From contig OZ024743.1 of assembly GCA_964016885.1 (NCBI GenBank), positions 347,386,001 through 347,450,000 of the forward strand: a stretch of 64,000 nt of DNA, read 5' to 3'. A program made the translations under genes and the position numbers. The notes under the pieces are model-generated. The model had not been told where the DNA came from. It saw nothing but the letters and a program-made list of their open reading frames with translations, and searched no databases. Each line of letters starts with the position of its first letter. Positions within the stretch are counted from its first letter, which is position 1. The DNA is from Eledone cirrhosa. Taxonomy: Eukaryota. This document shows positions 57,805-64,000 of this stretch, one piece after another.

Positions 57805-58097
57805 TATCTTGCGACGATAAAGTCTTGCGTCCAAAACATTAAGCCTATATTCCGAAAATATCTAGCGTTATCTAACATACCCTGATTCTATTGTATTCGG
57901 CACCTGTTATTTTTCTTAGTTGTGTATTCTTAAATGAAGATATTGCCAAATAAATTGACGATGGATATATATAATATACAGAAAAGAAAACCAACCCAAA
58001 CCAAACAGTGAGTGTTTTCTGTTATTATTTCTGGCAATATTATAACAATATGACCCTCCCCATATCAACAACCTTGCAAAACAAATTCATCACCGTC

Positions 58098-58141
<44 letters not shown>

Positions 58142-58233
58142 AATAATAATAATAAATTTGAAGACTAAAATCCAAAGAGGGTTCGATAAGGGGGAATATA
58201 TATCAGATACATAAGAACCGTAGAGCAAATATT

Positions 58234-58352
58234 TATTAAAATAACAGATTAAAGTTTAAGCAAAGAATTGCTGCTTTCACCCTTAACGGGATCTTCTGAA
58301 GATCCCGTTAAGGGTGAAAGCAGCGATTCTTTGCTTAAACTTTAATCTGTTA

Positions 58353-58360
<8 letters not shown>
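58234..58360. repeat. Palindrome of the terminal 63 bp of PLE family B (1-nt loop)
   Basis: The right arm matches 18943-19004 and ends in (TA)n. Confidence 0.92.
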
Positions 58361-58397
<37 letters not shown>

Positions 58398-58956
58398 GTA
58401 TATGTGTGTGTGCATGTGTGTGTGTGGGGTGTGTGTGTGTGTGGGGGAGGGGGTGTATATGTGTGTGTGTATGCGAGTGTGTGTGTTTAAGTAAAATAAC
58501 TCTTAACGTTTCGGACCGTCGCTCTTTTTCGGGAGCAAGATACCGAATCATTGTGTTCATAATCCCATATTTGTACATTTGCGAAGCAATATATGATAGT
58601 ACAATAAACTAAACACTATTGATATAAAATCTAATACAGAATGTAGATCATGAGGATCTGCCGCAACAGCTACAGACAACCATTGCAACACCAATAAAAG
58701 TAACTATATAAATATCACCATCAGCAATATCAATATCAATTATAGTCCCGCAGCCAATGTTTGATACCTTCCCCCACTCACCAAATAAAAGGTGATAAAA
58801 TCAATAATAATATGCCTGACTTCAAAATGTCATATATATCTGTCAAAATGTATATATATATATATGTATGTAAAAGGTAAACAGAAATAGCAACGCAATC
58901 GGTACAGTATATAGAAGGCATATATCAGGTTAACGCTTGAAATAACAGGAAGAGGG

Positions 58957-58992
58957 TCTTAACGTTTCGGACGCTAGTCTTTCAACAGAAGA
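58957..58992 (-). ncRNA. Minimal hammerhead-like motif (CTGTTGA core variant); a degenerate second copy lies at 58501-58535
   Basis: TCTT-CTGTTGA-AAGAC-TAGC-GTCC-GAAAC-GTT-AAGA. Confidence 0.5.
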
Positions 58993-59080
58993 AAGAATGA
59001 GAAATAAGATAGATTGAAGGGGCGGGTAGGGTGTAATTGGAAAAAATGTCTTTAGATAAAAATAACAGGTCCATTCATGT

Positions 59081-59129
<49 letters not shown>

Positions 59130-59137
59130 TATATGGA

Positions 59138-59273
<136 letters not shown>

Positions 59274-59599
59274 CTTGTCCGTCCATGTGTGTGTTTGTTT
59301 GTATGTTTGTGAGTAACTAGGGAATGACATAAAAAAATAACATTTAGATCCTTTAAAAGTTTGTCCTAATCATATGCGTTTAAGTTTCACCATTTATCGG
59401 CAGATAATTTTCAACAAATATGATGGAGATTCATGACCAATGAACATATTTCACAACATATTTCTTCGTACATTCAATTCAGGAATCTCAGGAATATTGT
59501 TAGGTTATTCAATCTTGTGTTCTAGTTCAATTACTGAATCAAGTAAAAGTGTAAAACTTAAGTAATGTGTTATATATATTTATATATATATATATATAT

Positions 59600-60235
59600 A
59601 TTTTGTCTTTAAAGCGTAGAAATATCCGAGACCCCCAGTAGACAACTGATGAGGAAATATCCCCCACCCCCTGTTCTAGCTTTCTTCTTATTCCCACAGC
59701 ATTTTAAGATACCTTAAATAGCAACTACACAGCAATTTCTATACTCCATATATGTATTCATGTATTCGCTGTAACCATTCTTCTCTCTCCCCTTCTACCT
59801 ACCTATTTCGCTACTTTCTTCTCTCACCCTTCTTTCTTCTACTCCCTTTCTCCCTATCTCCTCCTACCCCACTTTCTTTCTCTCCCTTTCTATTCTCTCA
59901 CTTTCACCCCCTCACCTGACCCTTTTAGCAGTTCTCTTATCCCTTACAACTGCGGCGATCAGACGTGTGTCTTATTTCTCTCGACCACTCAGTCTTGAAC
60001 TTAAGTTCTCTTATCGAGTGGTCATCGATTTCCTTACCTTGCTCGGTTAGTTGTTTTTTTCCGCTGTTTTTTTTCAGTTTTCTTATTTCCTCCCTATTGC
60101 TTTCCTTCCCTCAAATCATCCCTTTTCCCAATAAGTTATCCTGTTATTGACGCCCTGGGTGAGATATCTTGTTTTTAAAGCGTAGAAATATCCGAGTTAC
60201 CTTAAACATCAACTACACAGCTATTTCTATTCACT
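59600..60235 (+). mobile_element. Family X unit (~565 bp) with terminal redundancy
   Basis: TTTAAAGCGTAGAAATATCCGAG at ~59608 and ~60174. Homologous to 4558-5205. Confidence 0.7.
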
Positions 60236-60253
60236 CTCTCTCTATATATATGT

Positions 60254-60307
<54 letters not shown>

Positions 60308-60324
60308 CGATATATATATATATA

Positions 60325-60572
60325 TTTTTTTTTCTTCCTACCTTCGGTTTGCTTTTTCTTCTATGTTGTTTACTTGTCTCACTCGCTTTACGCGATTCGC
60401 TTGTCCCAATAGCTTATTTTAGTTATTGCTCGCACCAACCTGAGGTATCTGATTTTTAATGCGTTGAAATACCAATGATGGTTGGCAAATCACTGATGAG
60501 GGAGTAATTTTATAATATGTAACCCATGTGCAACCACGCAGTATTCCCCTTTCTTCCCATGATTTTCATATA
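60325..60572 (+). mobile_element. Family Y fragment
   Basis: Reverse complement of ~11390-11640. Confidence 0.75.
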
Positions 60573-60574
60573 TA

Positions 60575-61725
60575 TGCAGTGGATCAAGAGCTTCCTGTCA
60601 AACAGAACCCAACATGTTGTAGTTGAAGGAGTCAAATCCAGCCCAGCCAAAGTCAGTAGTGGGGTCCCACAAGGCACTGTGTTGGGCCCACTTCTCTTCA
60701 TCATCTATATTAATGACATCACTGACATCATCAAACACAGCAACATTAAAATTTTCGCTGATGATTCCAAGCTCCAAAAGGTCATCAATGGCGTGGACGA
60801 CCGGATAAGCCTTCAGTCAGACCTACTGGCTGTTACCCAATGGGCGGAAAAGAACAACATGTTACTGAACGAAGACAAATCCGAACTGATCCACTTTGGA
60901 AAAGAGGATGCGTTGAAACTCCCGTACTCCCTTCCCTCCGGGGAAAATCTCATGGCATCTAACAACATCAGAGACTTGGGAGTAACCGTGGACAGCAACA
61001 TAAGCTGGTCCACGCATATAAGCAGCAAAGTTGACATGGCCCGCAGAATGTGTTCCTGGACCCTCAGAACCTTCCAGTCGAGAGATTCCCACACCATTAT
61101 CCTTCTCTTCTCTACTTTTGCCCGACCACACCTTGAATACTGTTGTCCACTGTGGTCTCCCCACACGAAACAAAGTATCATGAAACTTGAATCTCCTCAA
61201 AGGGCAATCACGAAAAAGATAGATGGCATGTCAGACCTTGACTACTGGGGTCGATTAGAAAACCTGAAACTTTACTCACTCCAACGTCGCCGTGAGCGTT
61301 ATATTATCTGCATGATGTGGAAAATGTTCCATCATCACTGCCCAAATAATGTTGGCATCGCCTTCAAGATACACCCAAGGCTTGGGCCCCGTGCTATACG
61401 TCCCATTCAAAAATCTAAATCGCAACTCATAACAACAATACGGCACAATTATTTCACCTCAATCTGCCCTGCTCTCTTCAACATCACACCAGGACACGTC
61501 AAAACAGAAACTGACCACACAAAATTCAAGAAGTCTTTGGACAAATTCCTCCAAGTAATCCCGGACAAACCACCCACACCCGGATATGTCTCTGCAAACA
61601 GTAATTCTCTTCTCGAATGGGCCATGGTGCCCAAATCCTGAATTGAAAGACTTCGCCAGGTGGTGCTATTAAGTTAGACATGGCCTGGGCCAATACTGGC
61701 CAAAACATTTCAAAGTTATTCAAAG

Positions 61726-61728
<3 letters not shown>
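60575..61728 (+). mobile_element. 5'-truncated CR1-group LINE with an uninterrupted RT C-terminal frame (stop at 61641)
   Basis: WIKSFLSNRTQHV, SGVPQGTVLGPLLFIIYIND, FADD, RDLGV, RPHLEY and SLQRRRER. The 3' tail TTCAAAGTTA is repeated twice. Confidence 0.92.
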
Positions 61729-61773
<45 letters not shown>

Positions 61774-61775
61774 AT

Positions 61776-63760
<1,985 letters not shown>

Positions 63761-63808
63761 AAATATATATGTATATATATATACATATATAATATATATA
63801 TATACATA

Positions 63809-63865
63809 CATTACAAGCTGAGGATCCGCTAAGGCGAAACAATTGTTCTCGGTATGGTGAACTAA

Positions 63866-63869
<4 letters not shown>
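63809..63869 (+). mobile_element. Solo terminal fragment of PLE family A, consisting mainly of the hammerhead
   Basis: Matches 1753-1813: CTGAGGA-TCCGCTAAGGC-GAAAC-AATT-GTT-CTCG, within (TA)n. Confidence 0.8.
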
Positions 63870-63957
<88 letters not shown>

Positions 63958-63958
63958 T

Positions 63959-63989
<31 letters not shown>

Positions 63990-64000
63990 ATATATATATA

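Noticed and set aside
60526-60574. N-terminus of the 371-aa ORF
   Set aside because: It derives from the family Y repeat upstream of the CR1 truncation point.

Overview
AT-rich eukaryotic DNA saturated with microsatellites and almost entirely transposon-derived. The tRNA-derived SINE families and (TA)n/(CA)n density suggest an octopus or other cephalopod genome (inference). No complete host gene is visible; there are only a few low-confidence candidate exons on each strand. Main content: (1) at least two Penelope-like element (PLE) families (RT plus C-terminal GIY-YIG), 5'-truncated and often carrying an inverted copy of their own 3' end; (2) a 5'-truncated CR1-type LINE with an open frame, decayed RTE and CRE LINEs, a Helitron-like element, mariner ends and many SINEs. 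The most striking signal is a set of about ten distinct hammerhead-ribozyme (HHR) motif families. Several show compensatory base changes between copies, unusual cores (U3-A8; mismatched 10.1-11.1) or long stem-II inserts. Most sit in short non-coding units arranged as tandem repeats or fold-back palindromes next to (TA)n tracts. Together this looks like a retrozyme-like set of PLE-dependent non-autonomous elements. All structures were read by eye, boundaries are approximate unless stated as exact, and no searches were run.
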